Source: Seison nebaliae
Taxonomy: Eukaryota
Assembly (NCBI GenBank): GCA_023231475.1
Contig: JALJEE010001852.1
Span: forward strand, 54,153 to 74,152
Direction: 5' to 3'
DNA length: 20,000 bases
Under the pieces are notes generated by a model. The model worked only from the letters and a program-made list of their open reading frames with translations. It did not search any database and was not told the origin of the DNA. The position numbers and the translations under genes are program-made. This document shows, piece after piece, positions 19,926 to 20,000 of this stretch; position 1 is the stretch's first letter, and each line of letters opens with the position of its first letter.

Positions 19926-20000
19926 TTTTGTTCGAGCAGGTTCGATAGTTGTGAGAAGTAGTGACAAAGATTGAAATAGTAGTGCCAACTGTTCTAAGAT

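Noticed and set aside
19353..19988. Poly-RQ, poly-RC and Ile-rich ORFs in other frames
   Set aside because: They are alternative readings of the (ACGACA)n and AAT-rich repeats; the Asn/Thr frame is the most plausible.
1..20000. Non-standard genetic code or a species assignment
   Set aside because: The conserved genes translate cleanly with the standard code and use TGA/TAA as stops. The sequence supports only a compact AT-rich animal genome, not a named taxon.

Overview
AT-rich, compact eukaryotic (metazoan) genomic DNA, not prokaryotic. Three conserved genes are recognisable, none with an intron in the visible part: the 3' part of a DDX11/ChlR1 (XPD-family) helicase (+, <1-1404); a 9.1-kb single-exon Trio/Kalirin-type RhoGEF (-, 4090-13236; Sec14, spectrin repeats and one DH-PH, with no SH3, second GEF or kinase, and many homopolymer insertions); and TRMT112 (+, 14076-14519), divergent from Trio. 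Three spliced genes of unknown function can be rebuilt by hand: a 229-aa tandem-repeat protein (-, 1626-2659), an 83-aa peptide (+, 15376-15728) and a 241-aa protein (-, 16166-17097). All 8 frame-consistent introns in these genes (mostly 46-59 nt) start with GTT rather than the usual GTA/GTG, and 7 of 8 lack the exonic -1 G. This is the most striking signal in the window. The right end holds a composite palindromic/minisatellite repeat (17641-18020), a disrupted gene-like region and an Asn-rich, poly-Thr ORF. Gene models and homology calls come from manual translation and remembered family motifs; no searches were run.
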